Assembly: GCA_035467235.1 (NCBI GenBank) | Contig: DATITY010000612.1 | Span: 1 to 59,820 of the forward strand | Source: Draconibacterium sp. | GTDB lineage: Bacteria; Bacteroidota; Bacteroidia; Bacteroidales; Prolixibacteraceae | DNA: 59,820 nucleotides | Reading direction: 5' to 3' | In this document: positions 9,266 through 19,516 of the stretch, piece by piece | Layout: each line of letters begins with the position of its first letter | Numbering within the stretch: the first letter of the stretch is position 1 | The notes under the pieces: model-generated | What the model was told of the DNA's origin: nothing | What the model saw: only the letters and a program-made list of their open reading frames with translations | Databases searched by the model: none | Program-made: the position numbers and the translations under genes

Positions 9266-10840
9266 TTAAAATTCCGAAGTAAAATGAAAACGTATATTTT
9301 TAAATTCATCCTGTGCCATTTGCAAAATAAATGCTGAATCGGCCATGAAAACATCGCGCCCCAGTTTGTCTTTTGCCATTTTCTGATGTTTTCGCTTTTT
9401 AAACTCGGTGAGTTCTTTCTGGTTATCCGATTCAACCCAGCAGGCCTTGTACATTGAAAGCGGCTCGAAACGGCATTTGGCATTGTATTCGTGTTCCAAA
9501 CGGAATTGAATAACTTCGAACTGAAGCTGCCCAACAGTACCGATAATTTTACGACCATTAAACTGGCTGGTAAAAAGCTGTGCAACACCTTCATCCATCA
9601 ACTGGTCAACGCCTTTTGCAAGTTGTTTCGATTTCATTGGGTCGGCATTTTCAACAAAGCGGAACATTTCGGGCGAGAAACTGGGCAATCCTTTGAAATT
9701 AATTTCTTCGCCTTCAGTAAGTGTGTCGCCAATTATGAAATTACCGTTGTCGGGTACACCAATAATATCTCCCGGAAACGCTTCTTCCACAATCTCTTTC
9801 TGCGATGCCATAAAAGCAGTCGGGCTAGATATGCGGAATGTTTTACCAAGCCTGATATTTTTGTACATTTTATTGCGCTCGAACCTTCCTGAACAGATTT
9901 TTACAAAGGCAATCCGGCTCCGGTGGTTAGGATCGATGTTGGCGTGAATTTTAAAAACAAAACCTGTAAAATCATTCTCTTCGGGTTTAATTTCACGTTC
10001 TTCGCTAAAACTGGGTCGGGGAGGAGGAGCAATTTTTAAAAAAGTGTCAAGTAATTCCTGAACTCCAAAATTATACAACGCGCTCCCAAAAAATACAGGT
10101 GCCAAATCGCCTGCCAGATATTGATTGATATCAAATTCATGATATACACCTTCTGTTAGTTCAAGTTCGTCGCGCAAAACTTTTGCATCGGAACCAATAT
10201 AATCTTCCAGCATCGGATCGTGAATATCTTCAAACCTGATTCGCTCTTCAATGGTCTGAATATCGGGTGTAAAAAGTTTCAGACTTTTGTTGAAAATGTT
10301 GTAAACCCCTTTAAAATCGGGGCCACTGTTAATTGGCCAGCTTAAAGGACGAACCTTTATTTTTAATTGTCTTTCGATTTCGTCCATCAGAGAAAAGGGA
10401 TCCTGTGCCGGACGGTCCATTTTATTCACAAAAACGATTACCGGAGTTTTGCGCATACGGCAAACATTCATCAGTTTTTCTGTTTGCGGTTCAACTCCTT
10501 TGGCGGCGTCGATTACGATAATAACACTGTCAACCGCGGTTAATGTTCTGAAAGTATCTTCCTGAAAATCCTGGTGACCGGGTGTGTCGAGAATGTTTAC
10601 TTTATAGCCATCATATTCGAAACCCATTACCGATGTGGCCACCGAAATACCGCGCTGGCGTTCGATTTCCATAAAATCGGAAGTAGCGCCCTTTTTTATT
10701 TTGTTGCTTTTTACTGCGCCTGCCACACGAATTGCCCCGCCAAAAAGCAGCAGTTTCTCAGTCAATGTGGTTTTACCTGCATCCGGGTGACTTACAATAC
10801 CAAAAGTTCGTCTGCGTTGTATTTCTTCAAGAAATGTCAT
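9266..10840 (-). CDS. prfC: Peptide chain release factor 3
   Basis: [45 protein letters not shown]. Confidence 0.97.
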   Translation of the reverse strand: MTFLEEIQRRRTFGIVSHPDAGKTTLTEKLLLFGGAIRVAGAVKSNKIKKGATSDFMEIERQRGISVATSVMGFEYDGYKVNILDTPGHQDFQEDTFRTLTAVDSVIIVIDAAKGVEPQTEKLMNVCRMRKTPVIVFVNKMDRPAQDPFSLMDEIERQLKIKVRPLSWPINSGPDFKGVYNIFNKSLKLFTPDIQTIEERIRFEDIHDPMLEDYIGSDAKVLRDELELTEGVYHEFDINQYLAGDLAPVFFGSALYNFGVQELLDTFLKIAPPPRPSFSEEREIKPEENDFTGFVFKIHANIDPNHRSRIAFVKICSGRFERNKMYKNIRLGKTFRISSPTAFMASQKEIVEEAFPGDIIGVPDNGNFIIGDTLTEGEEINFKGLPSFSPEMFRFVENADPMKSKQLAKGVDQLMDEGVAQLFTSQFNGRKIIGTVGQLQFEVIQFRLEHEYNAKCRFEPLSMYKACWVESDNQKELTEFKKRKHQKMAKDKLGRDVFMADSAFILQMAQDEFKNIRFHFTSEF

Positions 10841-10864
10841 TTTCTATACCTTAATTTGCGGGCG

Positions 10865-10872
10865 CAAAAATA
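10865..10872 (-). promoter_or_regulatory. Bacteroidota -7 promoter element for prfC
   Basis: Minus-strand tatttttg 24 nt upstream of the start. Confidence 0.45.
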
Positions 10873-10926
10873 GGGAAAGAAGTCGGAAAAGTTCAGCGTT
10901 TAAGATTTAAAGTTGATGACAAGAAA

Positions 10927-11018
10927 GAGATTTATAGTGATTTATTGATATTTCATTGTGTCAACCACAAACAATCACCCGCAATCTCCACTAATCTCTA
11001 TCAATCACCATCAATTTC
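10927..11018. repeat. Inverted arrays of imperfect 10-bp tandem repeats
   Basis: gagatttata/gtgatttatt/gatatttcat followed by aatcacccgc/aatctccact/aatctctatc/aatcaccatc/aatttc in complementary orientation. Confidence 0.65.
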
Positions 11019-11024
11019 AAATTT

Positions 11025-12131
11025 TCAGTTTTTTGCTTTCCTTAAAACATCAGAAATATTTCCCCAATATTTTTCGTGGAATTTGACACTTTTTTTACCG
11101 ATGATATCATTGTACGTCTGCGGTTTATCATCGGGATTAAATTTACGTACAAACAAATCTTCATATAAACCCGGAACTTCGGGATGAAACTGAACGGCAA
11201 AAACATTCCTGAATTTTTTATGCGCCAAACCTTCAACTACTTTTCCATCGGGCGAAAGTGCAGTGATTTCCAGTCCTTTCCCAATTTTTTCGACTGCCTG
11301 GTGGTGACTGCTCAGCACACGGGGAGTAAAGCTTTTCGATACCTCTACGGCTACGCCAAAAAACGGGTGATCAGTAAATTGTATCGTGTGCAGGTTAATA
11401 CCCATGATTAAAGTATCCTGAACTATTTCCTGCCAGTAATTGCGGTGAAGATTTGCCCGGCCAATTTCGAGCGTTTTTTCTGGTGTTGTCGCCCCGTAAA
11501 TTTCAGCCGGAATATCCTGAATTAAAGTTCCGCCGGTGGCCACATTCATGGTTTGCATACCCAGACAAAAACCGGTAACCAGGTATTTGGGTTTTTCCTT
11601 TAAAAAAGGCTCAAAATCTTCGTTCCGAAATCCGCCCAGCAAATGAAAAAGAAAAGTAGTTTCGAAATAATGACGCCCCGGATCTGTAACAACGGAAAGT
11701 GTATTTTCTTCTCCATAAACTCCCGGAGGAATATCAGGTCCTCCAAAAAAGAAAACTCCGATGGAATTGTCAAAAACTTTCTTCAATTCCACACTGCAGT
11801 CATTTTGTTGAAAAAGGTTGTCTTCATTGAGTTCCCCTTTAATTTCGTGGAGATAAAAATTTTCAAGTTTGTTGCTTTCAATATATAGTTTTGTCTCACT
11901 AAAATCGTAATCCTGCCCGGTGTAATAAACTCCAACGAATTTTGTCTTTCGTGTGTTTACATTGAGCAACTCTGCATTTACAAGGAATTGTATGGTTTTC
12001 AGGTTACCAACTGTTGGATTGGTAAGAATGATGTAATTTTTTCTTGTGTTAAAATCAGAATTAAAAAAATCCTGAGAAAATGCCCCGAAAAAGCAGGTAA
12101 TCGAAATCAGTAAAAGAAATAGTCGTTTCAT
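11025..12131 (-). CDS. Peptidase C26 / gamma-glutamyl-gamma-aminobutyrate hydrolase family (class I glutamine amidotransferase fold)
   Basis: GGPDI, GFCLGMQ (catalytic Cys), SSHHQAV, VQFHPE; signal peptide. Confidence 0.87.
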   Translation of the reverse strand: MKRLFLLLISITCFFGAFSQDFFNSDFNTRKNYIILTNPTVGNLKTIQFLVNAELLNVNTRKTKFVGVYYTGQDYDFSETKLYIESNKLENFYLHEIKGELNEDNLFQQNDCSVELKKVFDNSIGVFFFGGPDIPPGVYGEENTLSVVTDPGRHYFETTFLFHLLGGFRNEDFEPFLKEKPKYLVTGFCLGMQTMNVATGGTLIQDIPAEIYGATTPEKTLEIGRANLHRNYWQEIVQDTLIMGINLHTIQFTDHPFFGVAVEVSKSFTPRVLSSHHQAVEKIGKGLEITALSPDGKVVEGLAHKKFRNVFAVQFHPEVPGLYEDLFVRKFNPDDKPQTYNDIIGKKSVKFHEKYWGNISDVLRKAKN

Positions 12132-12271
12132 GTTTTTTTGTTTAATGGAACCAAATATAGCACAATCTCATTTTGTGAGGAACAGTTTACCTTCTATTTC
12201 AAACAAAACCGGAAAATTGCCGAAGAATCATCAAAATTTATACATTTGCTGAAATTCAAAAATATATAGTT

Positions 12272-13090
12272 ATGAAATTCAATTTTAAAACACAGTACCT
12301 GATTATTGCGGCAGTGGTGCTAATTCTTATACTGCTTTTTGGTGGTCAAATGTTTTTAATTATTCAGGCAGGTGAACGGGGTGTAATTTTCAAACCTTAC
12401 ACATCGGGTTTGGATAAGGAAAATATTTACAGTGAAGGATTTCACATTATTGCGCCATGGAATGATATGTCAGTGTACAATGTTCGCGAACAACAGCGCG
12501 ACGAACCAATGGATGTGCTTGATAAAAACGGATTGTCAATCAGCATGGATATTACTGTTCGTTTCAATCCGGCGTATAATAAAATTGGAAATCTGCACGA
12601 GCAATTTGGGATTAACTTTGTGAATGTGCTTGTTGTGCCCGAGGTAAGGTCTTGTGTTCGCAGAGTTGCCGGACGTTATACTGCCGAAGAAATATATTCG
12701 ACCAAAAGGGCAGAAGTGGAACAATCGATAATTGAGGAAACAAAAAAGATATTAAGTGAAAATTTTATCGAAATGAAAGCGTTGCTTATTCGATCGATTA
12801 ATCTGCCCGATCAGATAAAGGGTGCAATAGAAAGTAAACTGAAACAGGAACAGGAAGCTTTGGCATACGAATTCAGGTTGAGAAGTGAAGAATCGGAAGC
12901 CGAACGCCGCCGTATTGAAGCGGAAGGTATTGCTGCATTTAACCGGATTATCAATGCAAGCTTAACTGATAAGATTATTCAGCAGCGTGGAATCGAAGCT
13001 ACCATTGATTTGGCCAAATCGCCAAACACAAAAGTTATTGTTATTGGCAGCGGGAAAGATGGTTTGCCGTTGATTTTGGGGAATAATTAG
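12272..13090 (+). CDS. Prohibitin/SPFH (band 7) family protein
   Basis: N-terminal TM, GERGV, EGFHIIAPW, LLIRSINLP, AIESKL coiled coil; tacatttg promoter element at 12241. Confidence 0.9.
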   Translation: MKFNFKTQYLIIAAVVLILILLFGGQMFLIIQAGERGVIFKPYTSGLDKENIYSEGFHIIAPWNDMSVYNVREQQRDEPMDVLDKNGLSISMDITVRFNPAYNKIGNLHEQFGINFVNVLVVPEVRSCVRRVAGRYTAEEIYSTKRAEVEQSIIEETKKILSENFIEMKALLIRSINLPDQIKGAIESKLKQEQEALAYEFRLRSEESEAERRRIEAEGIAAFNRIINASLTDKIIQQRGIEATIDLAKSPNTKVIVIGSGKDGLPLILGNN

Positions 13091-13105
13091 GACAAATAAA
13101 ATTAT

Positions 13106-13133
13106 AAACAGGCTGGTTTTTACCGGCCTGTTT
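13106..13133. terminator. Intrinsic terminator-like hairpin
   Basis: aaacaggctggt-tttt-accggcctgttt. Confidence 0.6.
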
Positions 13134-13153
13134 CATTTACAATACATTTTAAG

Positions 13154-13636
13154 ATGATTAAAATCAAAAATCCCTTTACAGAAATGGGTACCCGCCACGA
13201 TTACAACTGTTTTGGCTGCTCGCCTTTTAACGAAATCGGGTTGCAGCTCGAGTTTTGGGAAAACGATGACGAGCTGATTGCCAAATGGCAACCCCGAAAA
13301 TCGCTGGAAGGCTGGAGCAATGTGGTTCATGGCGGTATTCAGGCCGCTTTACTCGATGAACTTGCAGGATGGATTGTGCTGATAAAAATGAAAACCGCAG
13401 GAGTAACTTCAGTTTTAAATGTTAAGTACCATAAACCCGTAAACATTTCGAAAGGGGAAATAACTGTTAAAGGGAGAATAGTTGAATCAGACCGTAAAAC
13501 AGCCACAATCAATGCAGTTTTATATGATGGAGAAAACGTGGAGTGTGCAACTGCAGAAATTGTATATTACTGCTTACCCGAAAATCTGGCAAAAGCAAAA
13601 TATCATTATCCGGGCCACAGCTCGTTTTATCATTGA
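13154..13636 (+). CDS. PaaI-family (hotdog) thioesterase
   Basis: CFGCSPFNEIGL, VHGGIQAALLDE. Confidence 0.9.
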   Translation: MIKIKNPFTEMGTRHDYNCFGCSPFNEIGLQLEFWENDDELIAKWQPRKSLEGWSNVVHGGIQAALLDELAGWIVLIKMKTAGVTSVLNVKYHKPVNISKGEITVKGRIVESDRKTATINAVLYDGENVECATAEIVYYCLPENLAKAKYHYPGHSSFYH

Positions 13637-13745
13637 CAAAAAACACAAACCTGCACGGGAATGCTCAACATGTTTGGATCTAAATAATATTGGATAATTT
13701 TAAGTCATTGCAGAAAGGAATTGCATTTTAAGACTGAAAACAACA

Positions 13746-13925
13746 TTATTTTTTACGGCCTTTAAATTTTTCCTGATGTGGCAATAATTCGTCTTCTTCT
13801 TCGTACTCATCATAAATCGAAAGTCTTTTCTTCGAACTCTTGTCTTTTGCAACAGCACCCTTTTTTCCAAGACTAAAACTGTCATCAAAATCAGAGTAAT
13901 TTTTTTTCAAGCTATTTTTCTTCAT
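13746..13925 (-). CDS. Small highly charged hypothetical protein (59 aa), below the ORF-track cutoff
   Basis: ATG at 13925 after an A-rich leader; MKKNSLKKNYSDFDDSFSLGKKGAVAKDKSSKKRLSIYDEYEEEDELLPHQEKFKGRKK*. Confidence 0.6.
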   Translation of the reverse strand: MKKNSLKKNYSDFDDSFSLGKKGAVAKDKSSKKRLSIYDEYEEEDELLPHQEKFKGRKK

Positions 13926-14171
13926 TTTATTGAATCAATAAAAAATAAAAATGAAATTTTGAATGATTAATTTATTTATAAAGCGAAAAATAAATAATTT
14001 TTAAATATGTGGTACATCTAAATTGCATTTTTTTAATCCCTGATTTTTTAATGCCATATTTTCTGCTATCTTGAAAGGATTTTCAAACCACAATTTTTTC
14101 ATTTCATACACTGAGATGGCTCAAAATAAGTAATTTCATTTTTCGTTTTAAATCGAAATAAAAGGTTATAA

Positions 14172-16091
14172 ATGTTTCAGATTTGTGCTAAAAATAGTTT
14201 AATAGTCCTGCTCATTATTTTGTTTTCAGGTTTTTATTCGGTTGCTCAAAACAGCTCAAAACAGCAACAGCAATTCGAAAAAGCATTACAGTATTACAAA
14301 TTGCAGGAATACGAAAATGCCATAGTTGAGATTGAAAAATTATTAAAGAAGAATCCTGTATTTATCGATGCAACTCTTTTACTGGCAGATGTTTATCATG
14401 AAACAAGGTCAACCGGCATGGAAATAAAAACGCTTGAATCTGCCCTGCAGTTATCGCAGAACTCGCTGATTTATTACCGGCTTGGAAAAGCAAATTACTC
14501 AATTGGAAATTATGAGAAGGCATTGTTCAACTTCGAAAAATATATGCAGTCCAATGGAATATCCGATGTACGTAAAACCGAAGTTAATCAAAGTATCATG
14601 AGTTGCCGTTTTGCTATTGATGCGGTAAAAAATCCGGTAAATTTCAATCCCGTGCGTTTATCAGAAAATATTAATTCGGTGAATGAAGAATATTGGCCAT
14701 CAATTTCGCTCGACGGGAGTAAACTTGTTTTTACACGATTGTTAAAACCGTCAGCCGGCTTGCCTCACGAAGATTTCTATATTTCTGAATTTGATTCTTC
14801 AGGATGGGGGAAAGCAGCACCGATTATTGAAATTAATACCACTGAAAACGAAGGTGCGCAAGCGTTATCCGCTGACGGACGATTTTTGTTTTTTACCGCC
14901 TGCAATCGTTCTGATGGAAAAGGAAGCTGTGATATTTACTACTCGGTTTTTAACGGTAAAAGCTGGAGTACTCCCCGGAATGCCGGAAATGTTTTAAACG
15001 GCAAAAGCTGGGATGCCCAGCCTGCCATTTCTTCCGACAACCGGTTTCTGTATTTTTCTTCCAATCGTGAGGGAGGAAAAGGGAAAAAAGACATCTGGCG
15101 TGCAGAGTTGTTGGTAATTAACGATAATGGAAATATTGAATGGAGCCAGCCTCAAAACCTGGGTACTATTATAAATTCCGGTGGTGATGAAATTTCACCA
15201 TTTATTCACCCCAACAATAAGAGTTTTTATTTTGCTTCCGATTTTCATCCGGGAATGGGTGGAATGGATTTGTTTCTGTATGAAATTCAAAATGATGGAA
15301 CAATAACGGAACCTAAAAACCTCGGATTTCCAATCAATACCAACAAAGATGAACAGGGTTTGAATATCAGTTTTGACGGATTGACTGCCTATTTTGCATC
15401 GGAACGCGAGCCTGGTTTTGGTTTGGATATTTTTACATTTCAATTGCCGGAAGAACTTCGACCTGATCCGGTCACTTATGTAAAGGCAAATATCACCGAT
15501 GCCGAGTCCGGAAAAGTAATACAGGCAGTTGTTGAGCTTTTCAATCTTTCATCTGATTCTCTGAAACAACGGACAGAAAGAGCTGATATAAACGGGGAAG
15601 TTTTGCTCTGTTTGCCAATGAATGCCAATTATGCTTTTAATGTATCTGAACCGGGATATTTGTTTTATTCGCAATCATTTCAGCTAAAAGAAATGAAAAC
15701 ATTTGAAGCACCTGAAAAGATTGAAATCCGCTTAAATCGAATTAATATTGGAGCCGAAATGAATTTGTACAACATTTATTTCGAAACCGATTCCTTCAGG
15801 ATTTTGCCCGATTCTGAACCGGAATTGAGAAAACTTACTTCGTTTCTTAAAAATAATCCCCGGGTGGAAGTTGAAATTCAAGGTCACACCGACAATACCG
15901 GACGTCCGGAGCGCAACCTGAATTTATCAGAATTACGTGCGAAATCGGTTGTGGAATATCTTATTTCCAATGGAATAGCAGCAGACAGGTTGCAATTCAA
16001 AGGTTTTGGTGAATCTCATCCGGTGGCAGCAAACGAAACCGAAGAGGGACGAATGTTAAACAGGCGGACTACAATAAAAATTGGAAAATAA
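14172..16091 (+). CDS. TPR-PD40-OmpA protein (PorE-like architecture)
   Basis: N-terminal TPRs, PD40 repeats (WDAQPAIS, YFSSNR, EISPFI), OmpA domain IQGHTD..NLNLSELRAKSV..NRR. Confidence 0.9.
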   Translation: MFQICAKNSLIVLLIILFSGFYSVAQNSSKQQQQFEKALQYYKLQEYENAIVEIEKLLKKNPVFIDATLLLADVYHETRSTGMEIKTLESALQLSQNSLIYYRLGKANYSIGNYEKALFNFEKYMQSNGISDVRKTEVNQSIMSCRFAIDAVKNPVNFNPVRLSENINSVNEEYWPSISLDGSKLVFTRLLKPSAGLPHEDFYISEFDSSGWGKAAPIIEINTTENEGAQALSADGRFLFFTACNRSDGKGSCDIYYSVFNGKSWSTPRNAGNVLNGKSWDAQPAISSDNRFLYFSSNREGGKGKKDIWRAELLVINDNGNIEWSQPQNLGTIINSGGDEISPFIHPNNKSFYFASDFHPGMGGMDLFLYEIQNDGTITEPKNLGFPINTNKDEQGLNISFDGLTAYFASEREPGFGLDIFTFQLPEELRPDPVTYVKANITDAESGKVIQAVVELFNLSSDSLKQRTERADINGEVLLCLPMNANYAFNVSEPGYLFYSQSFQLKEMKTFEAPEKIEIRLNRINIGAEMNLYNIYFETDSFRILPDSEPELRKLTSFLKNNPRVEVEIQGHTDNTGRPERNLNLSELRAKSVVEYLISNGIAADRLQFKGFGESHPVAANETEEGRMLNRRTTIKIGK

Positions 16092-16246
16092 TAAGTTGAT
16101 GTTATTTAGTTGAAAATTTTTATTTTTGAGCTGCTATTAAATCAAATTTCCTATTTTAAAAACAGAGTTGAATTAAACAGTTGACATTATCACATAAAAG
16201 TAAAAATATGTCCGGATTTGTTTGTTGTAAAGTTGGTTACAAAAAT

Positions 16247-18142
16247 ATGACGAAATTGCTTTTTGTTTTGGTCTTGTTGTTTTTTGGTTTTGAAATGAAT
16301 GCTCAAACCAATAAAAAAGTTGAAGATTTATATGCTGAAGCTCAAAAACAGTTTTCAACCAAAAATTATTCCGGTACGATAAAAATCTGCAAACAGATTT
16401 TGTCTTCAGAACCCGGATTTAAAGATGCTCATTTGTTGCTGGCTGATGTTTACAGCAACCTGGATTCAGTGAATCTTGAAATACTTCATCTAAATAAAGC
16501 GGGTGAAATTGGCCGGGAGTGGGATGTTGTTTTCAGGTTAGGCGAAGCACATTACAAAAAAGGCGATTATTCAGAAGCGTTAAGGTATTACAACATTTAC
16601 AGCGACTATAAATATATTCCGGAGAAGCGACAATTTTTACTTGCCTGTAAAATAGCAAGTTGCAGGTTTACGATGCAGCCGTTATATGATTCTCAGGTAA
16701 TTACGCCGCAAAAAACCGGGAATACTGCCACCGAAGAATTCTGGCCAGTAACTTCTGCCGATGGGAAGAAACTGGTTTTTAAACGGTTAATAAATGATCG
16801 TAAACAGCTTCAAGATCAGGAGGCTTACAAGGCAGAACCCGATTCAGCAATTTGGGATATAGCAAATCTTTTAAACGATACAATTGCATTTTACAACGAA
16901 GGTATGAAAACACTTTCCGATAGCTCGAAAATAATGTTTTTCACGGCTTGTGATCATCCCGGTGGATTGGGTAGTTGTGATATCTATTTTATCAAATTTG
17001 AGGGTGGAAAATGGAGCGCACCTGTAAATGCCGGAAGTCCGTTAAATTCGGAATACTGGGAAGGCCAGCCCTCATTTTCAACAGAAGGTCAACTCTTGTA
17101 TTTTTCGAGCGACAGAAGTGGTGGTAAAGGAAAAAAAGATATCTGGAAGTCTGAACTGCTTGGATTTTCAGACGATGGTTTGCCTAAGTGGAAAGAACCG
17201 GTAAATCTGGGAAATGCAATTAATACAACCGGTGATGAGATTTCGCCTTTCATATATGAAAATAAACATTATTTCTATTTTGCATCTGACGGACTTCCCA
17301 GTATTGGCGGAATGGATTTGTATTCAGCGGAAATCGATAATTTGGGAAATATTACAAATCTGAAAAATCTCGGATACCCAATAAATACGCATTATGATGA
17401 TGATGGATTAACCTTGAGCTATATTTGCGATACTACTTACTTTTCTTCTTCGAGACAAACAGAAAAGGGAATGGAAATTTTCGCGTTTAATCTCGACAGG
17501 GGTTTGGCAACTTCACCAGTTGCGTATGTTAAGGTAAAAGTTACCGATCTGAAAACTAAAAAGCCAGTGGTGGCTGCAGTTAAATTGGAAAGCCAGCCAT
17601 TTAACACCTCCAGGTTTCAATCTCAGGATACTGACGAAAATGGAGAGACAATGTTTTGCATTCAGTTGAACAGAAATTATGCTTTTACAGTATCTGAACC
17701 CGGATATTTGTTTAACTCCCGTTTTTTGAATCAGAGTAAAGTAAATTCGCTTAGTGAACCACAAGTTTTGGATATCGAACTTGAACCCATTGAAGTTGGC
17801 GCTGAAGTGCAGTTGTACAACATTTATTATGAAACCGACTCGTTCAGGATTCTTCCGCAGTCGGAGTCAGAGTTACAGAATTTAGTTACTTTCCTGAAAA
17901 ATAACAGCGTGCTGAAAATTGAAATTCAGGGACATACGGATAGTTCGGGCAACGCAGAAGCTAATCAAATCCTTTCGCAGCGCAGGGCAAAATCCGTTGT
18001 TGAGTATTTGACCCGCAACGGAATAAATACAAATAGGTTAAAATTTGGTGGTTACGGAGATAAAGTTCCAATTGCATCGAACGAAACGGTTGAGGGACGA
18101 ATGCTAAACCGGCGAACAACTATAAAAATTCTCGAAAAGTGA
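16247..18142 (+). CDS. TPR-PD40-OmpA protein, tandem paralog
   Basis: Same architecture; shares YNIY(F/Y)ETDSFRILP and EGRMLNRRTTIKI with the upstream gene; ATG 16247 gives a clean signal peptide. Confidence 0.88.
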   Translation: MTKLLFVLVLLFFGFEMNAQTNKKVEDLYAEAQKQFSTKNYSGTIKICKQILSSEPGFKDAHLLLADVYSNLDSVNLEILHLNKAGEIGREWDVVFRLGEAHYKKGDYSEALRYYNIYSDYKYIPEKRQFLLACKIASCRFTMQPLYDSQVITPQKTGNTATEEFWPVTSADGKKLVFKRLINDRKQLQDQEAYKAEPDSAIWDIANLLNDTIAFYNEGMKTLSDSSKIMFFTACDHPGGLGSCDIYFIKFEGGKWSAPVNAGSPLNSEYWEGQPSFSTEGQLLYFSSDRSGGKGKKDIWKSELLGFSDDGLPKWKEPVNLGNAINTTGDEISPFIYENKHYFYFASDGLPSIGGMDLYSAEIDNLGNITNLKNLGYPINTHYDDDGLTLSYICDTTYFSSSRQTEKGMEIFAFNLDRGLATSPVAYVKVKVTDLKTKKPVVAAVKLESQPFNTSRFQSQDTDENGETMFCIQLNRNYAFTVSEPGYLFNSRFLNQSKVNSLSEPQVLDIELEPIEVGAEVQLYNIYYETDSFRILPQSESELQNLVTFLKNNSVLKIEIQGHTDSSGNAEANQILSQRRAKSVVEYLTRNGINTNRLKFGGYGDKVPIASNETVEGRMLNRRTTIKILEK

Positions 18143-18286
18143 TAAAGATTTTGTTGAACTTAATTTCATGATTATATGTTAAAAATCAGAACGTTCAAAT
18201 TAATTTATCAAAACTGATTTTCAATGATCTGAATCAATTTTTTCGAACCTTTTTAATTTTTAATTTTCCATTTTTAATTGGATAAA

Positions 18287-19300
18287 ATGAACCACGATTT
18301 GCGCATCGATCACGATTCTGAAATACCTAAATACAAGCAGGTTGTCGATTTACTGGTCTCTGATATTGAGGCAGGAATCTTCAAAGTGGGGCAGCGGATT
18401 CCGTCCATTAACGAAACCAGCGAAGAGCTTTTAATTTCGCGTGATACGGTTGAAAAAGCATACGTTTATCTGCGCAAAAAAAGTATTCTTGCATCGGTTC
18501 GCGGAAAAGGATATTATGTGAATCAGATTAATGTGCACAAAAAAATTAAAGTCGCCCTCATTTTAAACAAACTAAGCAATTATAAAAGAAGTATTTATTA
18601 TTCACTGACCGAAACTCTTGGCAACAAAGCAAGTGTCGATGTTTTTATTTACAATTACAACATCGAGCAGTTCGAAGAGATTGTGAACAACCAGATGATT
18701 CATTACGACTATTTTGTGATTTTGCCTCATTTTAAAGATGACGACGCAAATGGAGCCGGCATAATCAAGAAAATTCCAAAAAAGAAAGTGTTGCTTGTAG
18801 ATCGCAATCTTGAACAGTTGAAAGATTATCCGTTGGTGTACCAGGAATATGAAAAAGACATTCAATCTGCGCTTGGGAAAGGCCTGGATTTGATTCGAAA
18901 ATATAAAAAAATAAACCTTGTTTTTCCTTTAAATCAGTACTACTCACGCTATATCGTTCGCGGATTTCAGATTTTTTGTCAGGTTAATAATCTGCCATTT
19001 TCAATTATTGATCAACTGGAAGAATCCGATGTAAAAAAAGAAGAAGCCTTTGTACTGATTTCGGATGACGACTTGTACCGTTTCATAAAAATCTGCAGAA
19101 ATAAAGGATGGAAACCTGGAAAAGATGTCGGCCTGGTTGCTTATAACGATAATCCTGTAAAGGAATTACTGGGAGATGGAATTACCACAATATCAACCAA
19201 TCACGATGTTATTGGCCGCTTTGCTGCTCAAATGATTCTCACCGGCGATTTCATGCGAATTAAAAGCCCGTTTGAGTTTATCCAAAGAAATTCGCTATGA
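18287..19300 (+). CDS. GntR-family regulator with LacI-type sensor domain
   Basis: PKYKQV, RIPSINE, ISRDTVEKAY, GKGYYV; C-terminal DVGLVAYND..GITTIST. Confidence 0.9.
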   Translation: MNHDLRIDHDSEIPKYKQVVDLLVSDIEAGIFKVGQRIPSINETSEELLISRDTVEKAYVYLRKKSILASVRGKGYYVNQINVHKKIKVALILNKLSNYKRSIYYSLTETLGNKASVDVFIYNYNIEQFEEIVNNQMIHYDYFVILPHFKDDDANGAGIIKKIPKKKVLLVDRNLEQLKDYPLVYQEYEKDIQSALGKGLDLIRKYKKINLVFPLNQYYSRYIVRGFQIFCQVNNLPFSIIDQLEESDVKKEEAFVLISDDDLYRFIKICRNKGWKPGKDVGLVAYNDNPVKELLGDGITTISTNHDVIGRFAAQMILTGDFMRIKSPFEFIQRNSL

Positions 19301-19516
19301 TCCGGGTAAGAATGAGACTTTGAGTTTCCCTGCTCATAGATTTACCTTTTGTGATTTAGTACCAAAAAATCATGGACTTTGAAAAGTCAATGTCACTGTG
19401 TTACCCCAAAAACTTTCTCATTTCTTATTTCTTGTTCGATGTTTTAGATTTCAAAATAAATAACAAAATAAAGAATAAGAAACATAAAATCAGGAAGTTG
19501 TTGAAATGAGTGTTGT

